64,000 bases of DNA from Marsupella aquatica (taxonomy: Eukaryota > Plantae > Marchantiophyta), in NCBI GenBank assembly GCA_973895155.1, contig OZ316894.1, positions 248,001 to 312,000 of the forward strand, in the 5' to 3' direction. This document shows positions 25,124 to 37,626 of this stretch, piece after piece. How positions within the stretch are numbered: the first letter of the stretch is position 1; the number at the start of each line of letters is the position of its first letter. The position numbers and the translations under genes are program-made. The notes beneath the pieces were generated by a model. That model saw only the letters and a program-made list of their open reading frames with translations. It ran no database searches and had not been told where the DNA came from.

Positions 25124-28100
25124 ATTATTACGGGTCTAGTTATTACGGGTCTAGTTAGAGACTCCTGTAATCCTGGAAATTCTGTGAAAAATACACATCA
25201 TTTCATAAATTCTAAACCATTGGATCTGTGTAATTGGACCATCTAGATTATTTTTATGCGGGAGCACTTGTGTGAACACTCATGTGGGACAAAAATGAAA
25301 ACTTGATTCTCAGCCATTGGATTTTTTCTTATTGAAACATCTAGATGCCTTGCATGTGGGAACATTTATATGCATAATCATGTGGGACAAAAATGAGAAG
25401 TGGTGTCAGATTGCATTAGATGTCCATGCATTCATGTCATACCAAAATAGATCCATGTACATTTCTCAACCATGCCATGCCAAAATGACTAAATGAGTGA
25501 ATGTACATGTCCAATTAACCTACGCCCATTCCATGCCACATCTATTTTACATCAACTCATCAAACACTATAATACACTAGCCACCCAAAAAGTACGTACT
25601 CTAGTCTTTTACAAAATCAGGAAAAAGTGAGAGTTAATCGTAGCTCTTCATCAAAAATTGATTTTTTGGGTGCCATCAGATCCACCTAAACACTCCTCCC
25701 ACCTCAAATGTGTCCAGTGCCTGTCCGCACATGCCCAAAATGGAAATATAATAAAATTTTGGAATTTTGGAGAAATCTGAATATGTATTCAGAGTGACTT
25801 TAAAATAAAACCAAGCAAAACTACAAAAAGCACTCCCTCATATTGTGCAACCATGCCCAGACAGCTACACCAAATTTAAAACACAAGACCATGGTAGTGC
25901 ATTTTTACTTTCATTCCTACTTGATTTAAACGTTGAAATTTTTGGGGCTCATAGAATAGACATTGTGACCGTTTACTCTGGCAAAAATCTTAGTACCAAT
26001 GGAGCATGGGGTCAAGAATTAAAACAGGCAAAGATTGCCAACATTGTCTGATTAGTTTGCAGCAAAAGACATAATTAAATGCCTTCCAAGCTTAAATGAC
26101 CTATATAGGCAGATCTGACCTGAGCCAACCTCACCTAAGATGATTTGACCTAAGAGTACTTAAAGGGAAACAATTTTCATTATGGGAGTGCTTGCGCTCT
26201 TGTTTGTTTGGGTTTCACAGGTCCTTGCCCTCTTTCCCACTTTATCCTCAAACAAAAGGGTTTCACAGGAACAAAAAAAGACAAAAACAATTCAATCAAT
26301 CTATGAATCAATGTGGCATGGAGCATTTAGAAGAAAAGAAACCTAAGAACTCTTCCCAGGACATGTGAAGGGTTGGGAAGTGAATAACTTTTTGCATATG
26401 GATGGACATCCTCAATATTGCTAGTTGTGTTGAGATACATGTGTTGAGAAACCAATGTATCTTGACGTAGAGACGTTTGGTTCACCCAGTTTAGGGTGTG
26501 TCCATGACCAAAAGAAAAAATTCCACTATATATTAACATAGTACATTGGCCATAGCTTTGGCAAGTCACAAGCTGAGCTCCATGACACAATACTCTTCTC
26601 TCTTCACTCTCCAAATCTTGACCATTGATATCTAGTGTGAGCACAATGAAGTGTTCCTCCAAGGTATAGGCTCTTTCCACTAGTTTAACCTCAGCAGCAC
26701 TTAACCATGGTTAAGTTGTGCTTAGACAGTTTAACCTATTTAACCACTTGCTCGAGTTAAGTATTGATACGCTATTAACCTTTGCTACTCTCAACAATGC
26801 TGTAATGGATTGGGCACTTGTAAACGAACCCTACACCCTAATCGCCCTTCCCCGCCCCCCCAACCACATCCAACAACTTTCCTGATTTTTAGCACCAAAC
26901 ATATTTTGCCTTTTGGTAGAGTCCATTTGATAGAAAAGTGGTTGGAAAATTAAAGCTCAATGCTACTAACAAATCCCAACTAGACCCACATACTGGTTTT
27001 TGTGATGATTGTGTGCAGCATGGTAATGGAGACTAAAGCGGGAAGCTTATACACCATGTCACCTTGGTCACACTACTTGAACCTGGATGATGATATTTCA
27101 TATCATCATCCAAGGCAGTGTAGTAAAGGGCCGCCATCTACAGGTTTACCGTTTAAGCATTGGTAGCCATCACGGACTACTGTAGCTTGGACAAACAAGA
27201 TCGTTCTTGGAGATGAATTACCTTAGGACACAAGGAATGGAAAGGTAGGAGGTAATGCTGAGGTGTCCGGGGCACCAAAGAAGGCTAGGTCCGCTTAATC
27301 AGTCAAATAGCCAGGCAACAACAACACCAAGCCAAAAGGAGCCAAAACCAGATCCTGAGCTTGAAGCAACAGTGGAGACTTCACCACAAGACGATGATAA
27401 GTGGTTGGGCTCAAAGCATTCCAGTGGATTTGCAGATGCAGTAGGGTTTTGCCTCGTCGGCCATTTCCACACTTGCTAGCAAATATTCCTGTTTGCTCGC
27501 ATCATACAATACCTCATTGGTTGAGTTTTGACTGCCAACAATTGAGGAAAACAACTCACATTGGCATTCCATTGTCAAGAAGATGCACAAATTAAAGTTC
27601 AAGATTGATTGCTGCCTGGACTGGTTACATTAGTTCAAAGGAAGAATGGTGTCCTTCCACCACACATCTTCAACATCATTCTCACCCAAGCAAATTCAAA
27701 CCAAACCAAAAAAAAGAGATAACAGATTAATCTCTCTTAAGACCTCCTTCTCCAAGATGAATCGATTTTCTTGAGGTAGGCATGGGCCCAGCAGAAGCAA
27801 CAGACACATGTTAATCCACTATTCCTTGCAGAACTGTGCTCCTTCTCCGTTCACGTGCACTGTCTATGAGCTTGCAGATTTCTATCATGCCTCAACGTAG
27901 AAAAATTTCTACTGCGAATACAGCCCACTTTCCTGCCTTGTCCGTTGACCCTTGACGATAGCAGTGTACAGTGCATCATTCTCATTCTCACATAATTTGA
28001 GGACTTACTCCTTCCCTAAAGCCGGAGTAGTTAACATGCTTTAGAGCACCTTTCACGACCATATCTTGTGAATCTGCGAAGCTCAGAACAGTTGAGTTGC

Positions 28101-28721
28101 GGATTGAACTTCATGTTGTTGAATTCAACTGTCGACGACTAAGTTCGAAGCAGAAGAACACGGCCACCTTCCTAGAATTGAATTGTCTAGTCTCCCACCT
28201 ACATCATCAAGCTGTATCAGATCTGGACACATCCATACTCTGGGAGCCAAGGGCTTTCTCTCCAAGTCAATGAACTCTGAAACTGATTGCTTAAAGTTTT
28301 ATGATAGTGGAGGTTGCCATCAGCGAATTTTATCTTCATGCCCTTGATTTTACCGTCTCATGTCAGCAAAGTGAGTTCCCTTCCAGTACTATGTTCATGG
28401 CAAGGCAGCTACTGTATGCAAACCCTTCTTCTAATCTAACAACAAAATGTAACGAAGAAATCAAACAAACTTTCTACATAGCAGGCTAAGAGCTTGATTT
28501 CACGCATCTACGATTTCGACTCTCCACTAAACTCGCGTAACATTTCTCTTACATGAACAGGTCTTTCAGCCAGAAGAGTGCTACTTACAACTCCTAATTG
28601 CAGAATCTCAAATTAATGTTACAGAATTGCAGCAACGAAAATCTGACCTGTATCTGCACAGCCAGCGAGTACTGCTTTAGAGTCACTTTCCAGCCAGCCC
28701 AACACAGCTTTCAGTCTGGAT

Positions 28722-31700
28722 TCACCAGTAATCACCACAAGAACACATTCCATCTTTGAAATGGTGGAACCGATTTGCATCCCTCGCAATAATCTCGCGT
28801 CCGGTCACCTTAGAGATATACTTGGTTGCTGAGTGGCAATCCGAACACACCCGAAGGTTCTTACTTACACGAATTGGTTCTCCCCAAGGTAGGTGCATGA
28901 GTCCGTAAACAATAGCCAACTTCTCACTATGAGAGCAAAGAGCTAGCTCTTTATCCTCCTCATTCATATCATGCAACACAAGCTGGGTATCCGGAATGTA
29001 GCCTTCAGCCTTCAGTTTTTCACTCAATTTATTCAGCTCAGTATAGATCGCCTCGGCTTCTGGGTGAGATGTATCCCCCACAACAAATTCATGGATCTTG
29101 TTATCAACTTCAATCCAGCTACGCCCTGGCTCCTTCCAAACACCTCTCTCTTGCATCATAGTCCGCACAGATGACACCTTCTCCCACTTCCCAGCTGCAG
29201 CATAGATATTGGAGAGCAGCACATATGTAGAGGCCTTACCGGGCTCCAACTTGAAAAGCTCGTTAGCGGCCAGTTCGCCCAGCTCCACGTTACCGTAAGT
29301 TCGACAAGCCCCAAGCAAAGCTGTCCAAGTTACATCATCTGGTTCGATCGGCATCTCACTGATGAACTGCTTTGCTTCCTCCATCTGTCCCGCCCGCCCA
29401 AGAATATCCACCATGAGGTTATAGTGAACAACAGTACGCTCGATACCATAATCTTGCGTCATAGCTGAAAAGATTCTACGGCCATCATCAACAAGGCCTC
29501 CATGAGAACACGCTGACAACACAGCTATGAATGACGTCTCGATGGGCTTCACATGGTCTGCATTCATTTTTCTGAAAAGTTCCAGGGCTTCATGCCCATG
29601 TCCGTGTTGTGCAAGTCCACCGATCATTATGTTCCATGTGATTACATCTCGTTTCCCGAGTCTGTCAAAAACTTGTTGGGCGTCATCTATACTGCCACTC
29701 TTTGCATACATGTGAATGAGTGCGTTGCCCACACGCAAATCCGACTCCAGTCCGGCTTTGCTAGCGTGGCCATGAACCTCCTTCACCCACTTCAAAGCCC
29801 CCGCACTTGCAGATGCATTCAGGATGCTCAGATAAGTAATTGCATCTGGTTCGAACCCTTCCAGTCTCATTTGAAGAAACAACCGATATGCTTCATGCCC
29901 ACATCCATGTTGTGCAAGTGCTCCTATCATTACATTCCATGTGACTGCATTGCGTTTCTCCATTCTGTCGAAAACCAGCCGGGCATCATCTATACTGCCA
30001 CTCTCTGCACACATGTGAACGAGTGCACTACCCACACGCAAATTGGACTCCAGTCCGGCTTTGCTAGCGTGGCCATGAACCTCCTTCACCCACTCCAAAG
30101 CCCCCGCACTTGCAGATGCATTCAGGATGGTCACATAAGTGATTTCATTTGGTTCGAAGCCTTGGCGTCTCATTTCAAGAAACATTCGATATGCTTCATG
30201 CCCAGATCCATGTTGTGCAAGCCCTCCTATCATTACATTCCATGTGATTACATCACGTTTCTCTATTTTGTCGAAAACCAGTCGGGCATCATCTATACTG
30301 CCAATCTTCGCATACATGTGAACGAGTGCATTGCCCACACGCAAATTGGACTCCAGTCCGGCTTTGCTAGCGTGGCCATGAACCTCCTTCACCCACTCCA
30401 AAGCCCCCGCACTTGCAGATGCATTCAGGATGCTCAGATAAGTGATTTCATTTGGTTCGAAGCCTTGGCGTCTCATTTCAAGAAACATTCGATATGCTTC
30501 ATGCCCAGATCCATGTTGTGCAAGCCCTCCTATCATTACAGTCCATGTGATTACATCGCGTTTCTCCATTCTGTCAAAGACCAGTCGGGCATCATCTATA
30601 CTGCCAATCTTCGCATACATGTGAACGAGTGCACTACCCACACGCAGATCCGACTCCAGTCCGGCTTTGCTAGCGTGGCCATGAACCTCCTTCACCCACT
30701 CCAAAGCCCCCGCACTTGCAGATGCATTCAGGATGCTCGCATAAGTGATTGCATTTGGTTTGAAGCCTTCGCGTCTCATTTGGAGAAAAAATCGATATGC
30801 TTCATGCCCACATCCCTGTTGTGCAAGTCCCCCGATCATTACGTTCCATGCGACTACATTGTGTTTCTCCATTCTCTCAAAAACAAGTCGGGCGTCATCT
30901 ATACTGCCACTCTTTGCATACATGTGGACCAGTGCAGTGCCCACACGCAAGTCTGACTCCAATCCCGCTTTGCTAGCATGCCCATGAACCTCCCTCACCC
31001 ACTCCAAAGACCCCGCACTTGCAGACGCATTCAGGATGCTCACATAAGTGACTGCGTTTGGTTCGAAGCCTTCCCGTCGCATCTGGAGAAGCAATCGATA
31101 AGCTTCATGCCCACTTCCGTGTTGTGCAAGTCCACCGATCATTACAGTCCATGTGACTACATCGCGTTTCTCCATTCTGTCAAAAACCAGTCGGGCGTCA
31201 CCTATCCTGCCACTCTCTGCATACATGTGAACCAGCGCAGAGCCCACACGCAAATCTGACTCCAGTCCCGCTTTCCTAGCGTGGCCATGAACGTCCTTCA
31301 CCCATCCCAAACCCCCATCACATGCGGATGCATTCAGGATGCTCGTATAGGTGATTGCATTTGGTTCGAAGCCATCCCGTCTCATTTGGAGGAATAGTCG
31401 ATATGCTTCCACACCATCACCACGTTCTGCACATGCTCCAATCATAACATTCCATGTAATGACATTTCGATTAGTCAACTTTTCAAAAACTTTCCTTGCC
31501 TCGGTGATGCACCCACATTTAGCGTACATCAGTACGAGAGCAGACCCTACACGCACGTCCGATTCAAAGCCGGCATGTCGAATACCCTGATGAATTTCTT
31601 TTCCCCAATTGAGAGCTAATGGGCTTGAACATGCATTCAGGATGCTCAGATACGTGATCTCATTCGGCTTCACGCCTTCTTGGCGCATTAGATTGAAAAT

Positions 31701-32192
31701 TTCGAGTGCAGATTCAGCATGATCACTCCTAGCGTATCCCGCAATCATGCTGGTCCAAGTAATAACACTCTTCTTCTGAATTTCATCAAAAACTCTACGT
31801 GCATCCGATAAACCTCCGCATTTGATATACACATTCAAAAGCGTGTTTGCCACATATGGATTTTCGTGAATTCCACTCTCGATGATGCAATCATGAATTT
31901 GCTTGGCTCCTGAAAGGTCTTTCTGTTGCAAGCACATTTGCAGAACTTTAACATAAGTGTACGAGTCTATAGCAATGCCTCGCTGTAGACGATCTTTCAA
32001 CATAGCAATTGTTTGACCCGTGGTACCAGGATGCATATGCCTACTGCCAATCCCTTTTGCAGTGACTTGAGACCGATCTCTCGTGCAATAACTAACATTA
32101 GATGGAAATCTGCAGTGAGTAACCAAATTCGCCCTTGCCTTAACCCACGCTGGGGTTGACCATCCATCCACCCAAAGTGCTAGTCTTGTCAA
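28722..32192 (-). CDS. PLS-class PPR protein with E and DYW cytidine-deaminase domains (organellar C-to-U editing factor; resembles Physcomitrium PPR_45-type proteins). True start uncertain
   Basis: Uninterrupted 1156-codon ORF; repeated P-L-S triplets; PGRSWIE box, HSEKLA, CSDCH, terminal CSCGDYW; ORF caller starts at a TTG, first in-frame ATG is ~50 codons in. Confidence 0.95.
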   Translation of the reverse strand: MTRLALWVDGWSTPAWVKARANLVTHCRFPSNVSYCTRDRSQVTAKGIGSRHMHPGTTGQTIAMLKDRLQRGIAIDSYTYVKVLQMCLQQKDLSGAKQIHDCIIESGIHENPYVANTLLNVYIKCGGLSDARRVFDEIQKKSVITWTSMIAGYARSDHAESALEIFNLMRQEGVKPNEITYLSILNACSSPLALNWGKEIHQGIRHAGFESDVRVGSALVLMYAKCGCITEARKVFEKLTNRNVITWNVMIGACAERGDGVEAYRLFLQMRRDGFEPNAITYTSILNASACDGGLGWVKDVHGHARKAGLESDLRVGSALVHMYAESGRIGDARLVFDRMEKRDVVTWTVMIGGLAQHGSGHEAYRLLLQMRREGFEPNAVTYVSILNASASAGSLEWVREVHGHASKAGLESDLRVGTALVHMYAKSGSIDDARLVFERMEKHNVVAWNVMIGGLAQQGCGHEAYRFFLQMRREGFKPNAITYASILNASASAGALEWVKEVHGHASKAGLESDLRVGSALVHMYAKIGSIDDARLVFDRMEKRDVITWTVMIGGLAQHGSGHEAYRMFLEMRRQGFEPNEITYLSILNASASAGALEWVKEVHGHASKAGLESNLRVGNALVHMYAKIGSIDDARLVFDKIEKRDVITWNVMIGGLAQHGSGHEAYRMFLEMRRQGFEPNEITYVTILNASASAGALEWVKEVHGHASKAGLESNLRVGSALVHMCAESGSIDDARLVFDRMEKRNAVTWNVMIGALAQHGCGHEAYRLFLQMRLEGFEPDAITYLSILNASASAGALKWVKEVHGHASKAGLESDLRVGNALIHMYAKSGSIDDAQQVFDRLGKRDVITWNIMIGGLAQHGHGHEALELFRKMNADHVKPIETSFIAVLSACSHGGLVDDGRRIFSAMTQDYGIERTVVHYNLMVDILGRAGQMEEAKQFISEMPIEPDDVTWTALLGACRTYGNVELGELAANELFKLEPGKASTYVLLSNIYAAAGKWEKVSSVRTMMQERGVWKEPGRSWIEVDNKIHEFVVGDTSHPEAEAIYTELNKLSEKLKAEGYIPDTQLVLHDMNEEDKELALCSHSEKLAIVYGLMHLPWGEPIRVSKNLRVCSDCHSATKYISKVTGREIIARDANRFHHFKDGMCSCGDYW
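29680..31290 (-). repeat. 303-bp tandem repeats (PLS triplets) inside the PPR gene
   Basis: GCTAGCGTGGCCATGAAC (or a close variant) recurs at ~29760, 30063, 30366, 30669, 30972 and 31275, i.e. a 303-bp period. Confidence 0.9.
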
Positions 32193-34408
32193 CTTCTGAT
32201 TGAACTCAGGTGCTCTGGGCTTCCTCTGTCAGCACCACAACCCACGATCAGATCTGCTACCAGGATAAAATCCAGGAGATTCCACGAGGTGCAATGAATT
32301 TGTAGTTATTTCTTGACGACTATGTTTCCAGTGATCTTTCTACAATGAGTGTTCAGAAATGGATAGCAGACCAGTAAGCCTCTCGAGTTCTAGGGTGCAT
32401 TCCTACCTCCGTCCAAAGATGTATTTTCTTGTCTCCCTTGCTCTGCTGTGATCTTTGGTACAGATAACTTGCAAAAGTTAAATGACTCCTTTCCAACTGA
32501 GAGTAACGGCTATCTGTCAAGAATGCAATGATCTTAGAATAGAATATTGAAATAATTGTGAAAGGCATATCCAGGTATCAACAAGCTCGTTCCTTCTCCC
32601 GTATTTCACTGTACCCACAGAAAGGACAGAGTCAAGAGCCTATCGAATTGGTACTAAAATACTTCAGCCAGAAGTCACATGTTATCCTTGGGTTGTGTAC
32701 AGGACAGACTCTTAGGGCATCTTGACAGGCGTTCATTTGTAAGTTGCCTACACTGTCCTTTCTGCGCTATACACAAACCAGAATCTCAGGTTTCTGAAAA
32801 GAGACTACTTAGAAATAAAGCCTAGCCATCATCTGTAGAATCCATCGTGATTAGACACAGATGACATGAACGTGAAAGCGCTTCCCTCCCTCTCCTACAA
32901 TTCAGAAATAAAGGCTATCCATCATTCTTGAACTTGGCTCTTATACAATCATACCCCCCCCCCCCCCCCACCCACCCTGCTTCTGAACACGAAAAAGGAA
33001 TCAAACTTGAAGTTCAACTCAAGTCTTGATCACATAAGCCTCATAGCAGGAAATTCCCGCAACTATAAATGTCACACCGTGGTGCTGGAACAAGAGTTTC
33101 TGTTTAAAAGTAGCTACGCATAACGTTGAAATCGCTCTTCAGTCTCATTACCTGAAGGCCGTGTACAAGAACAATGGCGGATGCCAATATCAATCAAACC
33201 GGAAGATGAAGGATAAACTCTGCAAATCAAACGTCTTTGTTGAGAATGTATTCAAGGTCGTTTGGTCGCATCAAATCCAACAAAATGACATTCATACAAA
33301 ATTTATCATACCTGGCTGAGGACTGTTGCCTAAGGCGGTCCATATCCAAAAGTTCCATCGAGTCAGCTCCGTTCCCGTGCCGGGAATACGGAGCTCAATG
33401 GTACAGTTTTGAGAAATACGATCTTACCTGTTTGACAAAGGTTCAAATCAGTCTAAGTAGTGCAATCTTGCAGAGCCCCTCAAATTTCAAGTCTCATCTT
33501 TCCTTCCCATGGGCTAAGGAAAGAATATTCATTACGCGAAGGCTCTGTTGGCGAAACCTTGCCCGGGCAGAGGAATCTCAGCTCAGCGTAACAGTTGGAG
33601 CAAGCCCTAGAAGCATAGCAGTAGCGGTATCTTCTCCAGGATCAATTCCTCCTGCTGGACTCTTTTACGAATCATCCCAGCTTTGCCATCAAAACTTGAG
33701 AATCAAAACTTCAAGTTTTGAGAAGAAAAAGTATGAGAAGATCATCCATCCAAACCCCAAAGCAATCCACCGTCATACCTGCACATTGCCCTCTGAAAAA
33801 CTATGGCGCGAGCGCTCTTGTTTATCGCCCTCCAAGAAAGAACCCTTTCCAACTGAAGTGTCCTGCATACCAAACGAAGAATTGACGACATTTCTTCAAA
33901 GAAGAACTTGTGAACAAGTGTTATGCAGACCGTGTAAGTAGCAAATTGGGCAGGCTCGACAATTCGTTCAGAACAACAAGCTGAAGCAAGTGGCAACAAA
34001 ATTGATCTAGATTGTGACGGGAAATCAGGAGACGGGCAGCAGGAGACGTCATGCAAGAAATGAGCAGGACTTGAACCAGGATGGACAGTATCCCCGGCTG
34101 AAAAAGAGATTCTGTCCCGTTTCCTTGGGCGCTCAGAGGTGAGAAGTATAGTTGCCCAGCAATCTAAGATCGAAACGCAGAAGAACATCCAGTATAGCTA
34201 GGGCCTTACTAGGAATTCTCTGCCCAAAGGACATGACGAGAGGCCGTGTAAAAGTGGTAACGCGAACCTAACAGGGATCACTGGATTCGTCAGCATGTAG
34301 CTACGCACAGCTCGATACCAACTCCCCGAGAAGCAACTATAGCAATTCAGCAATCCGAAGCCACTACGACAAGTAATTCTTAGCAGATTGTGAATTCTAC
34401 AAGGATTG

Positions 34409-35228
34409 TTAGCTCATTAAATTAACTGCTGAACCACCATCCAATACTACATTCTTAATCTTGGTTCCTTTTATATTTAAGTGTACCATTGCTCCCTTAC
34501 CAGCTAATATTGTCTTTTCCAGCTTATAAGTTGGTGTTAGTGGTAATTCCTGCTGATTATCTTCGTCATTTCTTGTTGTAATTGTCCTTTCCCTTACCTC
34601 ACTGGTATTTGGTACTGCTGTCTCTTGTGCTCCCTCACTCATTTTCTTGAACACTGCTTCTCTGCATTGTGGAGCTATACATAACAATTCTTCAACTTAC
34701 AGTTAATTCCACTTTAGCCTTTGAAATAACCTCTACCAATTTCCTTATTATCTCTTGCTCTCTTTTCTCTCTGATTTGTTACGTTCTCAATGGTTCTTCC
34801 CTTACTGATTCATCACTTATTGGTCTTCCTCATGTGTAAAGGACTCTCTGATTTCTTCTTTAAAACTCTCATCAGATTCTAAAATTTCAGCTCCATCTTC
34901 TATTCTATCATCCAAACCCATTAATCTCTCTGGTCTTGGCAGCAATTCACTTTGTTGATGTTGTCAGATTTGTTCGATCTGCTGTGTCTCATGTTGTAGC
35001 GTCCAATTGTTCCCAACTGGTACTCGGTACTCCACTTGTGGACGGTAGAGCTAACACGATTGGTGGCTCTACCTGTTGTGACCTAGTCACTATATTTACA
35101 TCCATTGTCTGAATTCTTACATGCTTAACTGGTGCTTTAGTTTGTGCTTCGGTTCTTTCTTTATTATGTTGCACCCATAATTCACACAAGCCCCTCTTAT
35201 ATGTCCGGGCTTCCCACAATAATAGCAA
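34409..35228 (-). pseudogene. Degenerate gag/protease remnant of another LTR retrotransposon
   Basis: NVVLDGGSAVNLM protease motif, LLCIAPQCRE and VNIVTRSQ segments; many stops. Confidence 0.65.
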
Positions 35229-35283
35229 GTAAGGGGAGGTCTTTCTCCCTCTTCCCTGAAGTTCCTCTTATTTGAATAATGTC

Positions 35284-37254
35284 TGTAAGAGGAATTTGAA
35301 AATAAATTCCTTGGAATTTATTTTTTCTTAAATAAATAATGAAATAAATAATTATACTTCGGGATATATTCTTTATGTGTGTACGACCCCCTAAATTTTG
35401 TTGCTCATAGTAAAGTAATCATTAAAATGCTAAACCCTTTCAAGGTATTGCAAACACTTAATGAACAGCTGTTGTTTGGCTCCTACCCAGAACAATCTTT
35501 ATGGTACAACCCCTGGCCGAGTTATGAGTATATACCAGGCTGCAAGTAGTCAATTCAGACCTGTGGCAGAAGAATAATCATTATGCCTCGAGTAACTCTG
35601 AAGTGTGACTCATTTATGCCCTGTTTGGCCTTGATGGGCAAATGAGGGTCTGGACCCCGTCATTTGTCATCCGGCACACCCGGTCGTCCCACCCTGTCCC
35701 GACACCGTCCCAACCCTGTCCCAACCCGATCCCGACCTGGTCCTCACCCCGCCCAGTTGGGCAACACGTAAACTTGCCCGTTAGCTCAAACCTTTATTCT
35801 TCATTTCCCTCACGTAGAGGAACAAGCCAATACCCACGTTTGACCTGGGAATAGTAAACTCTCAAGAACACCTGAACAGCTGTTGTTTGGCTCCTAACCA
35901 GAACAATCTTTATGGTACAACCCCTGGCCGAGTTATGAGTATATACCAGGCTGCAAGTAGTCAATTCAGACCGGTGGCAGAAGAATAATCATTATGCCTC
36001 GAGTAACTCTGAAGTGTGACTCATTTATGCCCTGTTTGGCCTTGATGGGCAAATGAGGGTCTGGACCCCGTCATTTGTCATCCGGCACACCCGGTCGTCC
36101 CACCCTGTCCCGACACCGTCCCAACCCTGTCCCAACCCGATCCCGACCTGGTCCTCACCCCGCCCAGTTGGGCAACACGTAAACTTGCCCGTTAGCTCAA
36201 ACCTTTATTCTTCATTTCCCTCACGTAGAGGAACAAGCCAATACCCACGTTTGACCTGGGAATAGTAAACTCTCAATAACACCTGAACAGCTGTTGTTTG
36301 GCTCCTAACCAGAACAATCTTTATGGTACAACCCCTGGCCGAGTTATGAGTATATACCAGGCTGCAAGTAGTCAATTCAGACCGGTGGCAGAAGAATAAT
36401 CATTATGCCTCGAGTAACTCTGAAGTGTGACTCATTTATGCCCTGTTTGGCCTTGATGGGCAAATGAGGGTCTGGACCCCGTCATTTGTCATCCGGCACA
36501 CCCGGTCGTCCCACCCTGTCCCGACACCGTCCCAACCCTGTCCCAACCCGATCCCGACCTGGTCCTCACCCCACCCAGTTGGGCAACACGTAAACTTGCC
36601 CGTTAGCTCAAACCTTTATTCTTCATTTCCCTCACGTAGAGGAACAAGCCAATACCCACGTTTGACCTGGGAATAGTAAACTCTCAAGAACATGCCGGGT
36701 GTCTAGCTGCATGTGCTAATTATGCTATTTATCACTTGTAAAATACCTCATGCTTAGAACCAATTCCCTTGAGAGTCTTGTCCCCTCCCGGCCATTTTTC
36801 AAGTTCCTTGGGTTCCCCTGTGCCTCTTGCAGTTTTCTCGAGATAAATTGGGTGGGAAGGGCGTACCCTTTTATGCAAGGACTCGGTGGATTGCATGATT
36901 GAGGACTACCATTTTTGTCCTTTTTTCTCCTAGACAAGGACTCAAGTCCTTTCCATGTTGCATTAAATGTGCAACATATCCCTCAATGGCCAAGATTGAA
37001 AATTCACAGATCAAAGGCTAGAATTAAATGATTGAGAAATGATTCCATTATAACCATTTTTGGATTTAGTAGCCTAGAACTCTAATTTAAGTCATAAAGT
37101 ACTTACATGCAAGAAGTGTTTAATAAATGTCCTCGGGGAAGTAGCCTGCATGAATTGACTTTGGAAAGTGGACGATAATTATGTCCTATTGTCCCGCGTC
37201 ATCAAGGACTATTTGAAAACAAGGACTCTGAGTCCTTCCATCCTAGCCGCGACA
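35284..37254. mobile_element. Probable solo LTR containing the 411-bp tandem array
   Basis: TGTAAG...CCGCGACA termini; flanks ATGTC/ATGAC (4/5 TSD match). Confidence 0.45.
35462..36692. repeat. Tandem repeat, 3 x 411 bp, nearly identical
   Basis: Units begin TGAACAGCTGTTG at 35462, 35873 and 36284. Confidence 0.97.
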
Positions 37255-37626
37255 ATGACAATAGTGGTAAGGACTTGCGGACGCGGCAAGTTTTATCAGC
37301 ATTCCACAATTTCTCAAACTTTTTGATGGTGAAAACCGAGCTTGAAAACCATAGTTGCCAAAATCAGAAAGTAGTGAACATTTCAACGTCGGGTGAGGAA
37401 GGGAGAGTGACGATGGTTAGCAAGATAATCTGAGGTCTACCTTCCATGGACGCATTGATTCACATTGATCGCAATTGATTTAGAGGACTCTCGTTCAAAC
37501 CATTGAGAATACAGGGGAGCTTTCATTGTGAAATAGCTTGAAGCTAGACATCAGCAATCAATGGAGGAGGTTCGAAAGGAGCTTTGTTGGCAACACAGGC
37601 AAGGTAGTGAAGGAAGTTCAAATTGA

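Noticed and set aside
26327-27602. Short ORFs between the LTR fragments and the PPR gene
   Set aside because: No recognisable motifs; likely intergenic or highly decayed repeat DNA
29553-30956. 467-aa repetitive ORF on the + strand
   Set aside because: Antisense shadow of the PPR triplet repeats
35642-36676. Three near-identical 70-aa ORFs
   Set aside because: By-product of the 411-bp tandem repeat; no coding evidence
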